Shown here one piece after another: positions 36,512 through 48,493 of a DNA stretch of 64,000 nucleotides. The position numbers were made by a program, and so were the translations under genes. The notes beneath the pieces were generated by a model, which ran no database searches, was not told the origin of the DNA, and saw nothing but the letters and a program-made list of their open reading frames with translations. Origin of the DNA: Podarcis muralis (taxonomy: Eukaryota); assembly GCF_964188315.1 (NCBI RefSeq), contig NC_135663.1, forward strand, positions 23,188,001 to 23,252,000, written 5' to 3'. Each line of letters opens with the position of its first letter. Position 1 is the first letter of the stretch.

Positions 36512-36730
36512 GGTTTTGCAATGTTATAATACAAACCTATATTAACAACACAAACCGACAAAAAAACATACCGTAAATAACCAAACAAAAACTGGGGTGG
36601 AAAGCAGGAGCTGATGATTGAAATACTGTAATAGACAGGAGGGGGAAGTGTATTTGCTTCGTTGTTGTTATGTATTGTTTTTCTGCTACAAAACGCCGGT
36701 GCTCTTCGGATAAAGGGCGGTATATAAATT

Positions 36731-37150
36731 TTGGACTATATGGAATTGGCAGAAATGACTGGCAGAATCCGAGACCAGGGAGAAGAGTCGGTGGAAGAAG
36801 ATTGGAAGAAATTTAAAGACTATCTACAGAAATATTGTAAAATTAATGAATGATAGAATGATGCTGGATAGCAATTAAGGGGTTTCCAGCTGTAGTGATA
36901 TGAAAAAAGGGTTATAAATGGGTTAAAATTTAATGGTAAGGATTTGCTGAACCAATAAATTGAAGCGGAATACAAAAAAGAGAGGTATGAGGAGGTCCGG
37001 GAAATAAGTTAAAGGAAAATAAGTAACAGAAAATATGTGTGTTTTTAACTGTTTTTATTTTGTATTTTTCTATTTTCTTTTTCATTTTTACTGTATTATT
37101 CTAAAAAATCTTAATAAATATTTCATATATATATATATATATATATAATC
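36731..37150 (+). mobile_element. L1-like LINE 3' end
   Basis: 36731-36853 encodes LDYMELAEMTGRIRDQGEESVEEDWKKFKDYLQKYCKINE*, resembling an ORF2 C-terminus. An AT-rich 3'UTR, AATAAA (37113-37118) and an (AT)n tail follow. Confidence 0.7.
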
Positions 37151-37179
37151 TTAACATTTTTCCCAACACACAATATAAA

Positions 37180-38040
37180 GAGCTGTAATGTCGCCTGAAA
37201 ACGAAACAAGGCGGACCCAAATTCCGGGTAAAGGAACGCCTCGATTCATTCTCTATACAAGCATCAACATCCGGGTTACAAACCACCGCTTGTTTCGTTT
37301 CCTAAAATTTTATACACCGCTTGATTGTGAAGGGGAAGCCACAACACCTGAAAGCGGTTTAGCGGCAATAACGTTAACGGGAGAGACGGGGATTTTATAA
37401 ACTGTCAGATTAGGGGAGCGAGGTGTTTGAATGCGGCGGGGAAGAAGCGCTTTAACGGGAGAGGCGGGACTAGGTCCCTCTGCCGCTCCTCAGACAGATC
37501 AAGGCGCTTCCCGCCAGCGCCCCTGCTCTTTTTACCTCAGCTGCGTCTCCGCCCGGGAAACCCCGTAGACAAAACTCGCCCCTTCTTCCCCCCCCGAGCG
37601 CTCGTAGGGCCCGGGAGAACCACGCAGACGACGCCGGCGCCCCCGTCGGTCCGGCGCAACCTCCTCCTCTTCCCCGACCTCCACCTCGCGAAGCTCCCGG
37701 CTTTTCTCCCCGGAGGTGCCGCCGGCCCTGCCGCGCTTGCTCCTTCGCGGAGGCAGGCACCGGAAGCGGCGGGCGGCAGCCATGACGGAAGGCAGGAAAA
37801 GGCGGAGCTTGCGACTTCAAGCCGGGAGGCGGCTGCCTGCTAATAAGGGAGCAGCTCCTGAGGGTAAGCGCCTGGCGGAGGGTCCCCGGGGGAGCGGGGG
37901 AGGGGCGACGGAGGAGGGCCGAATAGGGAGCCCTTGGCTGAAATTCACGGGGAGTGATGGTGCTCTGGGCAATCCAGCCTCTTGAGCGCGTGCAGAGTGC
38001 ATCACCGTTTCACCCTCGAATCAGACCCAGTCAGGGCCGG
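37180..38040. promoter_or_regulatory. CpG island, bidirectional INTS12/GSTCD promoter
   Basis: Sharp GC- and CpG-rich block between the divergent genes. ETS/GABP-type CCGGAAG at 37760 and ACGGAAG at 37785, GC boxes. Outward-facing donors: minus strand gag|gtaaaa at 37536/37535 (putative INTS12 noncoding exon 1) and plus strand agg|gtaagc at 37863/37864 (putative GSTCD noncoding exon 1). Confidence 0.85.
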
Positions 38041-38052
38041 TTCTGATTAGCT

Positions 38053-38188
38053 CAGGCATAGGCAAACTCGGCCCTCCAGATGTTTTGGGACTACAACTCC
38101 CATCATCCCTGACCACTGGTCCTGTTAGCTAGGGATGATGGGAGTTGTAGTCCCAAAACATCTGGAGGGCCGAGTTTGCCTATGCCTG
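38053..38188. mobile_element. Palindromic hAT-type MITE
   Basis: Perfect 58-bp inverted arms around a 20-nt loop. TSD gattagct/gactaggt (6 of 8 match). Confidence 0.92.
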
Positions 38189-39835
38189 GACTAGGTTTTG
38201 TTTTAAGGGGGTGGGTAGGTGGAGGGTTGTGATCTCCTCCCTCCCCACCCGATTCCCAGAAATCTGTAGCTGCTTAGTGCTAGCGACCCACTGCTGCCTC
38301 CACCGTCTCCTCTTGCTGCTGGAGGTGAGGTGGTGATCCAAAGGATTTGGGCACAGTGGGCTCCACTTAGTTTCTACCTATTCATTTAGGGAGGTGGGTG
38401 GTTTCCAGATAGGGTTGAACTTCAGCGCAAGACCGAGCATAAGCTTCTTTCTTACAAAGCACATTCCCCCCCTTTTTTGGGGGGGGGGGACGACAAAACT
38501 CCACCTGTTGAATACTGGCTGCTGGTGAGCTTATTAAGTAGATGATTTCACGGGGCACAGCCAAATTCAACAGGTGGGGTTTTCCACCAGCATGTGGAGC
38601 TGGATGGGAGGCTGCATCTGTTGAGTGTCTGCACATCAGGCAACTTTTGAAAGATGCGCATGCTTTGGTTTTTAAACACGTGGCAACACTCTGCACAGTG
38701 TAACTGATGGAAAATGTAAGGAAGGGTTAGAACAGTGATAAAGCAAATGCTTTGTATGCAAAAAGTTATCTGGTTTCATCCCTGGCATTTCCAGCTAAGG
38801 TTGGAAAACCCTATTTGAAATATTAGAAAGCTGCTGGCAGGCACTGTAGATGGTGTATGTGTATGAGCTTCCTATACTGTATTCCTAAATTCCTAAATGT
38901 TTATGTTCTGCTATGAGTAAGGAAGAGCTTGCCTCATTTACACAAGCACAAAAGCATATACCACCACAATGAAGGTTTCTCAAAGGCTTAATAAAAGGTT
39001 CATGGTGCAGGATAGCGCATAGCTCCTGAAATATAGCATGTGTACCAGTGAGAGGAAGACAATTACACTGTTCACACATTAATGGTTTACCATGAACATG
39101 TGATCTGGGCCACTTTGCCCCTCTGCATTAGTGGGCAGGAGAACATGGTTTATTTTGCTTTAAGTACAGCTAGCCAGCCAACAATAAACCTTGGTTACAG
39201 ATTGTACAGTAGTTTGTTGGAGTGAAACAATTCCACTATCCCAGGTTCAAACATAATGCAAAAACAGAAATCACTGTTTGTTTATGCTGCATGCTAGTGT
39301 GTAGCAACAAAGAAGTGATAAATCTTAAACGGCAACACACAAGGATTATCTGCAAAAAACTACTGAATTCTGGCTCTCTGTGGATTAGAATCCCTGCACA
39401 TTAAGAGTTTGGAGTGCTTGAAATTTTAAGACCCAATTGTAAGCACATTACAAGGATATAAAAGTAAGGCTTAAGTTGATTCCAAGTTCTTGAATAATTC
39501 AGCCTCGTGGTGCAGGACTGCTTGTTTTCAATTAAGTAGTCTACTATTTGTTCCCATTTATTAGAAGTAGGGTGAGACTATGTAGCACTCAGTAAATCCA
39601 TGACCAGGGTGGAGTGTGAATCCAGTTTGAAATTTGCAGCTAGCATGGGGAGTAGGTGGGGAATCAGTTGTGTAGATTGCAACGCACATGCTATTCATGT
39701 GCTAGTCTCTGTTCTCCATACGGACTGACAATAGGCAAACTAGGATGGGCATAGAAGACTTTTAGAAGATGTCTGAAGGCAGCCCTCTTTAGGGAAGCTT
39801 TTAATGTTTAACAGACTACTGTATTTTAACTACTC

Positions 39836-39894
39836 TGTTGAAAGCCACCCAGAGTGGCTAGGGAAACCCAGCCAGATTGGCAGGGTATAAATAA

Positions 39895-39942
<48 letters not shown>
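39836..39942 (+). repeat. LINE/SINE 3' tail with (ATT)n microsatellite
   Basis: gccacccagagtggct...ggcagggtataaataaat(tat)n. A related tail is at ~53635-53700. Confidence 0.7.
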
Positions 39943-41093
39943 TAGGAGACATACAAACATATTCATTTGTACTCATGCATTTGTACAGGCATGCACAATC
40001 ACTCACAAGGTGCAAGGATTGTGAGTGCTTAAATAGTTCTCCCAGTCTCCTAAAGTGAGATTGTCCATATGCAGCTTTTAAGTTAATCACTACTGTTAAC
40101 TAGATGTACCGCAGCTGTATGTTATTTTTTCCCTTACCCACTTTATAATTAAAAGGCTCCCCAAAGGGTCCTATATAAAATAATGCAATATAGTTAAATT
40201 GGAGCTGTTTCCATAAGGACCTCTGCTTTATCAGACAAAGACTTGCCTAGCTTAACATCTTGTTTCTCACAGTGATTAACCAGATACCTACAAGAAGCCC
40301 ATAAGCAGGACAAGAAGACAATGGTGCTCTCTCCCATTGTTCTCCAGCAACTAATATGGAGAGGCATGGTGCCCCTGAACCTGGAAGAAGCATATAGCCG
40401 TCATGACATGTATCCATTAGCAGATTTATGCTTCTTAAATTCATGTAATCCCCTCTGACGATCATCTAAACTATCAGATCTTGTGGCTGTGAATTTTTAT
40501 CAGTTCAATGTATGAGGGCACTCCATGATCCAATTCTCTATGGTTTCCATTTCTCATCCTATCTCACTCCCAGCAGTTAGAGATACTATTTATATTCTAT
40601 ACCTCTTACTTGCATAATCACAACTTAATTAGAAGGTTGTCTGTGGTAAAGTACAGAGTTACTGTCCTGCTCAGCAAGTGGTTTTCTGTTGTGGTAATAA
40701 CTGCTCTTTCTGTTTGGAGATGCAGTTGTCATTCTCACTACAAACCGTAGTTTGGTTTTCATCTAGTCCACTGAACTGGGAGTCAACAGCTGCAACACAG
40801 TGCAAGGCAAGAGTGCAGACACAGGTTGTAGTTGGGTCTCCAGGCCCTCTTGCTCCTGTGTAGGATAACAGAAAACAAAAATCCTGACTATGGTACCTTT
40901 GGTGACAGATTGGTAAACCATGCATTTGTTACTGTCATTAACACATTAAGGAGGGGTTATTGTACTACAAATAGCCTAAAAACTGGGTTCTGTCCGACTA
41001 AGTTACACTCAGATTAGACCCATTAAAATTAATGGACTTAATTATGCCTATTGAGTTCAGTGGGTCTACTTTGAGTATGACTAATGTTGGATA

Positions 41094-41455
41094 AAGGTAA
41101 AGGTACCCCTGCCCGTACGGGCCAGTCGTGTCTGACTCTAGGGTTGTGCGCCCATCTCACTTAAGAGGCCGGGGGCCAGCGCTGTCCAGAGACACTTCCA
41201 GGTCACGTGGCCAGCGTGACGAAGCTGCTCTGGCGAGCCAGCACCAGCGCAGCACATGGAAACGCCGTTTACCTTCCCGCTATAAAGTGGTACCTATTTA
41301 TCTACTTGCCCTTAAGGGTGCTTTCGAACTGCTAGGTGGGCAGGAGCTGGGACCGAAAGACGGGAGCTCACCCCGCCGCGGGGATTCGAACCGCCGACCA
41401 TGCGATTGGCAAGCCCTAGGCACTGAGGTTTTACCCACAGCGCCACCCGCGTCCC
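41094..41455 (-). mobile_element. Sauria SINE, full length (subfamily A type)
   Basis: 9-bp TSD tgttggata at 41085-41093 and 41456-41464. CpG-rich, little diverged. Confidence 0.95.
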
Positions 41456-42755
41456 TGTTGGATACAACCCTGTAATTATAGAAAGTACCTTCCTGGAAGA
41501 TTTCCATCTCCTGCTTAGAAGTTCAAGTATGTATGTCTGTCCATATATGTATACACACATATATATTTGGATAATTTCCCAGGAAATTACATGAGAATGT
41601 GGCACAAGCATTGGATCACCTCTAGAGCAGGCTTTGCATTCTATATGCAAATGTAAACTGGGGATAATTTACGCAAATCAGTTTGTAAAAGAATAGTTTG
41701 TTGTTTCAAACTATTCTTGTTGTTTTCAGGGCATGAAAATACTGAAATTGTTTAGCCATCCATACCTCTTAATTTTGTAAGAGTTGTTAAAAAAATACCT
41801 TTTGTTAGTGATGGGTAGACTGTCATTCTCATGTTGGTCTGTTTTAGGTAAATAACATTCTTTTTTAAAATCGTTTGTGGCATTTCTTTTTAATAGTAAT
41901 AACAGACTTGTTCACTCAGGAAACTGGCAGTGCTAGGTTTTAAAAGGAGAACCAATTGTTTGAGAGACCAGCTAAGCTGGAATAAAAGGCAGGAGGCCTT
42001 TGAACATAGCAGGCTGGCTTGTATTGATCACTGCCATCTGCCTTAGATTGAAAAAGACCTTTTCCCCTAGATAAATATTTGAGATAATGCCATTGAACTA
42101 TCTGTTTTATGACAAAAAGGCTTTTGATGGGTTGGGGAATGACAATGAAAGAAAGCCTGCAGGATTAAACTATGATTGATTTCTTTAAATATCAACAGAA
42201 TATATATCGGTGAGACTGAATTGAGCATGTTATATTGCAGCTGGTATATTCTGTGGAAGACACAGGTGAAAATAATGGTAGCACCTGTCTTGAGGTGCAC
42301 AGGTTTGTGTATAATCAGTGACTTTTTGAATGTAGTATTATTAAATTTGAGATTTAGGCCAAACTGTACTTTTAAATCACGTCCTACAGTGTTTGCGGCA
42401 AATTTCAGCTCCTTTGCATAGGGTTGTTCATTAAGCTTCCAAAAAAAGGCTGAGATGCTCCAGAATGTTTTTGCTTTGATCTAGCAAGAACAGCTCTTGA
42501 ATAAATTATGTTAATTGCCAATAACACCGTTATCGATAATTCTGTGATTGCCATAAGGAAGTTTAAGTCTGGAGCTCAGGTACCAAAGTGGAGGGCCAGA
42601 AAGTGGAAGATCAGTACATTTCCTGTGAAACTATATGTCCTGCCCTGAACTCTTTGGAGGAAACGTGACACAGAAATCAAATAAACAAATAGGAATGATG
42701 ACGTTTAACCCGTTGTGAAACTTAACAATTGTACCTGTAGATAAAAGTTTAAGTA

Positions 42756-42859
42756 CTGTATTTACTCGAGTCTAATGTGCCATCGAATCTAATGCACACC
42801 TCAATTTTTGCAATGTGGTTTGGCCAAAAATGGTGAGCATTAGATCCGAGTAAATACAG
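42756..42859. mobile_element. Tc1/mariner-type MITE
   Basis: TIR ctgtatttactcgagtctaatg / cattagatccgagtaaatacag with TA TSD. Confidence 0.85.
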
Positions 42860-44449
42860 TAATAACAAACAACAGAGAAAGCTAGAATGAAGAACTATCT
42901 GCCTGGTGGTTCTTCTGTATGCTCGCAGAATTTATTATTTTTATCTCCACTGAATGGAACTCTACTCATTGCTCGGAAGCCCTCTGTGAATAAGGAACAA
43001 TGTTGTTGCCTTAGGCACACTCTTAATTGAGAATGTCACCTTGTTGCTCTCCACAGAATGAGTTTAAAAGTGGAGTAGAAAGCTGTGTCCCTCTTCTGCA
43101 AACTCTAGTGCACTGCTAATGTGAAAGAAAAGGATAAATGGTGCATTTGCTCACAAGTACCAACTAGAAAGCGGAGGCTGCAGACATTCACGTGAGACAA
43201 TCACGTCCCTAGGGTTTGCTGAGAGGGGTCCGTAATTGCTCAGTTCATGCAGTATTAAACAGGAGAGAGGAAGAACTAGCAGTTAAAAGATCTTCCTGTT
43301 CTGCAAAACATGGCTGTATACTCCATTTCAGTAATGCGTTGAATAACTCCGGATAAAATCATTGGGCTACTCACACCCTTTATGCACCAGCTTCTCCATA
43401 ACGTTTATCAGTACTGTCACTTCCTAAATATGTTTACTCAGAAGTAAAAATCTTTTCTATATTTCTTTTTCTATATTTCTTTAACCAAGAACATATATTT
43501 CAATGACATACCAAAAGTTAAGAAGCAATATAATTGAATTAAAAATAAACATACGCCACACAAATAATAATATTTTTTTAAATACAAATTTTGGTGATTT
43601 CATTCACAATTCCTGGGAATAATAATTATTGTTACTGATCTTTGAGGGTGGTAAACATTTCTTTTATTTATAAATATTGGTATATTGTCCTTGAAGTCAT
43701 GATATTGTAACTTGAAGCTGAAAAGTTACAAAGATTTTCAAGTAGTAGCATATTTCACAGGAGGCATTCAAACATTGTTATCATTTTCTATATATTTTTT
43801 CCCTGCCACATAGTTAAAAACAAATCTTTTTTTTTGTTCTCCACCTTAATTTTCAAGTTAATTTTCCAGATTTGACTACACCAACAATTCTTATTAAATC
43901 CCTCTAGATACTTTGATTATATATGTAAGTTTGCTTCAATGTGAGTTATTTTCAAGTTAAGAGACTTAGCATTAACTATGCATTTTTACTCAGAAATAGG
44001 TGCCATTAGAAATCATATAAATCTAGCCCTGGGCAACATTCAGTTAGCCTGCTCTGGATGAGTATGACTTCTTATTTAATAATTTTCCCCCCTTTATTTC
44101 CCCCCCAAAAAACTAGGTGCGCCCTGTGGGTCAGTGCACCCTATGGGGCGAAAAATACAGTAATTCTATTTCAACTTTACAATGGATTGACTTTCTCTAC
44201 AGGGATCAGTGTGCAAACAGGGTGGAGATGCAGATTAAATCCTTCATAGACAACTGCCATTAAAACTTTGTAATTGAACTACAGATGTTGAAAAGGGGAA
44301 CAGCGGAACATTAAATACCATCACCTGGAACATTTAGCTCATTAATTGGTGAGTGTTTTTCTGAAAGATATTTGTTTCCAATATTTAGAGATTTGGGGTT
44401 GATATAGAAAAATAGGGATGGTTGGCTTTTACTGCCCAACTCCCCAAGG

Positions 44450-44764
44450 TGTTAAGATTCCTGCTCTGTGATTGCAGTCATGGGATTGTTGTCTATCACA
44501 TGACGGTGTATGTTTTGACTCCACAGAGTGGGAAGTGACAGAGACAGGATGTTTGTGTTACTGTGTTCCGTGAAGTGGGACTATTGTCCTTTGTTCTTTC
44601 TCTTTGCTGTCTGATGAGAAAGAGGAAGGAGCTAAGTCAGAACGCTCCAAGTGTATTATATGAAAATAAATGTAGATTAGTCAAAAGCTGAGCTTTTGAG
44701 TTCTGTTATGCAAACTGCGAACACTCTGCGGATCCCTAAGTGTGCCGAAGACCAGGATCCTACA
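44450..44764 (+). mobile_element. Solo LTR
   Basis: TGTTAAG...CCTACA termini, AATAAA at 44665-44670, flanks caagg/caaga. Confidence 0.7.
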
Positions 44765-44968
44765 CAAGAGTAGGATGGCTCCTACACAAGGGACTGAGTC
44801 CCCTAAGTATGATTGGTCAGAGGTGAATGGATGGAGGCAGGATACAGTGAAAGCAAGGCAGATCTTTATTTTTCCGTTGCAACAGAGTTCTCTCCCCTCC
44901 TATCAAGGAGGCAAGAAAGACCCAGAAGCAAGAAGAAACATCTCTTTTAAGGGTTTGTATTTTGGCGT

Positions 44969-45262
44969 TCGAATCCCTGCGGCGGGGTGCGCTCCCGTCG
45001 TTCGGTCCCAGCGCCTGCCAACCTAGCAGTTCGAAAGCACCCCCGGGTGCAAGTAGATAAATAGGGACCGCTTACCAGTGGGAAGGTAAATGGCATTCCG
45101 TGTACTGCGCTGGCTCGCCAGATGCAGCTTGACACGCTGGCCATGTGACCCGGAAGTGTCTGCGGACAGCGCTGGCTCCTGGCCTATAGAGTGAGATGAG
45201 CGCACAACCCTAGAGTCTGGCAAGACTGGCCCGTACGGGCAGGGGTACCTTTATCTTTACCT
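44969..45262 (+). mobile_element. Sauria SINE, 5'-truncated (subfamily A type)
   Basis: 11-bp TSD tattttggcgt at 44958-44968 and 45263-45273. The 5' junction shows ggcg microhomology with the SINE B-box region. Confidence 0.93.
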
Positions 45263-46243
45263 TATTTTGGCGTGGAGAAGGACAAACAACCAGAAATTAC
45301 ATCACACATAAGGTGGGGTTACTGTGGCTCAGGCAGGCCAAGGTGTGATATTCCTGAGGATTTAGCAAGTTTTATGTAGTTCCAGACACAGTTTACACAG
45401 AACATTAGCATTTGATAAGACAAACATCCCTCAGTGCGAAGCATCTGGACAAACAATGACAATGAATACAAAGGAAAATCAGTGCACAGATCTGTTGTAG
45501 CTGTATTGGCTGATAACACACTTCAGCTCTACTTAAAGATGAAAAAAAATATTATGAATAAATAATCACAGTTCTTGGTATAGTGAAGGTTTTTTTTTAA
45601 TATGGTATTATGTTCTTCAGCTGCAATTGTTTTGAAAGTGTGCCATCTAGCGTCCAAGAGTTGCAGCCTGATTTGTAATTGAAAAGACAGTCAATGGGAT
45701 TTATTAAATATGTTCTATTGTTCAAGTCTAGGATCCTAAGCATATAGTCTCCATAAATCAGATATAATTGGTGCAGAATCATAACTAATTGTGTATATAA
45801 TTTATTCCCTTAAGTTCTGTGTGTTCAACTATTTTCAAAATAATGTAAAGGGAGCGGAAGTTGAGTTTTCAGTCAAGAACTAAGGTAATTTTAATTGAAA
45901 TCATAGAATTGTAGAGTTGGAAGGCACCCCAAGGGTCATATAGTTCAACTCCCTGCAATTCAGGAATGCTGTAGTCTAAGAAAAGTAATTATTTTGATCT
46001 GAATAACTTTGATCAGATGGAGAAAATGTCTTACAGTGCAACCCAGTACAAGTTTCCAGTTTACTCAGAAATAAGTCTCACCAGGTATATTAGTGCTTAT
46101 TCCCTAGAAAGTGTTGAGGCGTTCAGCCTAATGCTGCAATCCTAAGAATGTTTGTTAGATTTACTTCTAACAAACAGGACTGAAGTCTTAGGTTTTTGTG
46201 AATTCTTGGGCTATGTAGTGAAAGATGTAGCACCATAGTATAT

Positions 46244-46535
46244 GTCTAAACCACAGAGCCTAGGGCTTGCCTATCAGAAGGTCGGCGGTTCGAATCCTCG
46301 TGACTGGGTGAGCTCCCGTTCTTTGGTCCCTGCAGTTCAAACCTAGGTATCGCTCCAGTGGGAAGGTAAACGGCGTTTCCATGTGCTGCTCTAGTTCGCC
46401 AGAAGCAGCTTAGTCATGCTGGCCACATGACCTGGAAGCTGTACGCCGGTTCTCTCGGCCAGTAAAGCGAGATGAGCACCGCAACCCAGAGTCGTTCACG
46501 ACTGGGCCTAACGGTCAGGGGTCCCTTTACCCTTT
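46244..46535 (+). mobile_element. Sauria SINE (subfamily B), 5'-eroded, with an internal deletion
   Basis: aaaccacagagcctagggc ... ggtccctttaccctttacc, flanked by accatagtatat. Confidence 0.9.
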
Positions 46536-46547
46536 ACCATAGTATAT

Positions 46548-46729
46548 AGGGAGTGGGTGGTGCTGTGGGTTAAACCACAGAGCCTAGGGCTTGCTGATCA
46601 GCAGGTTGGCGGTTCGAATCCCCATGACGGGGTGAGCTCCCATTGCTTGGTCCCTGTTCCTGCCAACCTAGCAGTTCGAAAGCACATCAAAGTGCAAGTA
46701 TGATGAGGGGTCCCTTTACCTTTACCTTT
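46548..46729 (+). mobile_element. Sauria SINE (subfamily B) with a large internal deletion
   Basis: Head intact to gtgcaagta, then jumps to gaggggtccc(tttacc)n. Flanked by accatagtatataggg. Confidence 0.9.
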
Positions 46730-46779
46730 ACCATAGTATATAGGGCTTGTGTTACAGTATGAGAAACTGAGAATAAGGA

Positions 46780-47560
46780 TGCCTGTAGCATATGTCTATG
46801 AAACAAAGGTCTTCAGTAAAATGGAAGAACATCTCTGGATCTATCATAAATTGAGTCTTCCCTGAGCAGAAGAGGCTTTCTGCTAGCAGAACTGCATATT
46901 TTGATCCAAGGCAATGATAGGGATATTAACGGTCTTGGTTGTGGGTAGAAAATGACAGTGGATTGCATGTGGACAAAGTTAGAATAGATCCATTGAGCTA
47001 TCAAGATTTAATTTAGTCAATACTCTCCTTATTTCACATGATGTGGTACTATCCTGTTATTTTCTAATTCTGGACAGAGGTCACTGATCATATCAACTTG
47101 GTTCTGGAAACAACTAAAATTTATGGACAAAAGGGCCTTGATAGAACACCTCCTTATTGTGTGGAAGCTTACCCCAGGGAACGGAAATGGATTAGTTGTG
47201 CTCTGTTGGTTGCCAAACATATCATTTTACAACATTGGAAAAGTAAACGGACAAACACTCCAACAATGGACAAGAGATCTATTCTTGCTTTCCATACATG
47301 AACTAGCTACAGATTACGTAAATTTGGTACTTATCATGCTCTGTGGCAATTCTGTACTGAACTCTGGCCCTAGTTGAATGTACAGGTTTTTTATGATGCC
47401 TCTACATTGAAAGTGAGCAAACCTATGCATGCTGACCCACTCCTCTTCTCATCTAATTGCTTCCCTCCATTCTGGTTTTAGTTTAGTTTGATTTTCTTTT
47501 GGTTTTTTTTTATATATATATATATTTTATATATATAAACAAAAAGAATAACCGCAATGT
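46780..47560 (+). mobile_element. Degenerate L1-like 3' region
   Basis: Broken coding-like fragments (ILQHWK...), then a T-rich 3'UTR and an (AT)n/A-rich end. No intact frame. Confidence 0.4.
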
Positions 47561-48082
47561 ATTGAGTTTTAAAAATAGTTAAGTCTATGTCTGCTCTGAG
47601 TAAAACTTAGATAGAACCAAATATATTTCATACTTGAAAGAATTGCATATACATTACTAATTTTTGTGACCTCCCTATAATGGCCCTCCAAAAAGTGTGT
47701 TTCATTAATAATAATCAAATGTTTGCTTCAGAAGACCCTTCTCTTATGTGACCTTGAAACAGTCTTGGCAATATTTATTGTTTTTATTTTTATTTTAACT
47801 GTCCTGCCTTTCAAAACACAATAAGAAATATACTCAAAATGCAGAATATTAAAATCCATTTAGAAACAGTAACAACAAAGATTAATTAATATTTGCATAC
47901 TATATTGAGAAAGGGAGAAATTGATGGATTTTAGGGATCATTGTTTCTGTTTATTTATATATACAGGCAACCCCCAATTTGTGCAGGGGTTGTGTTCTGG
48001 ATCATCTTCATTATTGCTTTGCATAGCTTTATATTAAACCTTTTATAATTTTATTAATCACATTTCTTCCTTTAAGAAAAAA

Positions 48083-48493
48083 ATGAAAGGATTGACTGAA
48101 GATCACCTGTACCTGGACTACATTAATCAGAATGCAGATTGTGTATTTCCTCTCCACACCTCCATATCCTTGTTTTTGTTGTCATACTGTGACTGCAAGA
48201 CATTCAGAGTATTTTTAGTACTGCCAGGTGATACAGCTTCAGATGCCCAGCCTAAAGACACAGTATTTCCCAAGGATCTGGATATTTGCTTCATCAAAAG
48301 ATGTCAACTTCCTTTGGTGGTCCAGAGCTGCTGTTTACCTGCTGTTGTCGAGAAGAATGGAAGATTTTGTCGAGCAGGACTTGCTGTGGTATTGAGGCAC
48401 ATAGTACAAAAAACATATGAAGCAGATCCGTCAAAGGAGGACATTTTGGAACTCTTGGGATTTAAAAAGACCTGCTTGAAGGCTTGTGCTGAA
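48083..48493 (+). CDS. GSTCD: Glutathione S-transferase C-terminal domain-containing protein, first coding exon
   Basis: Acceptor tttaag| at 48076, ATG at 48083. MKGLTEDHLYLDY...FPLHTSISLFLLSYCDCK...FCRAGLAVVLRH...LLGFKKTCLKACAE, donor |gtgagt. Confidence 0.95.

Larger units (their letters stand above)
44400..45518 (-). mobile_element. ERV-type solo LTR interrupted by a second LTR and a SINE
   Basis: On the minus strand it begins TGTTATCA, has AATAAA at 44865-44870 and ends ...ATATCA. It reads continuously after removing the inserts. No TSD recognised. Confidence 0.55.

Noticed and set aside
37427-38005. Overlapping Arg/Gly/Ala/Pro-rich ORFs
   Set aside because: Expected stop-codon scarcity in a CpG island. 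Only the uORF hypothesis was retained.
43080-43400. Second possible enhancer-like block (CACGTG E-box)
   Set aside because: CpG and motif enrichment too weak to distinguish from background without alignments.
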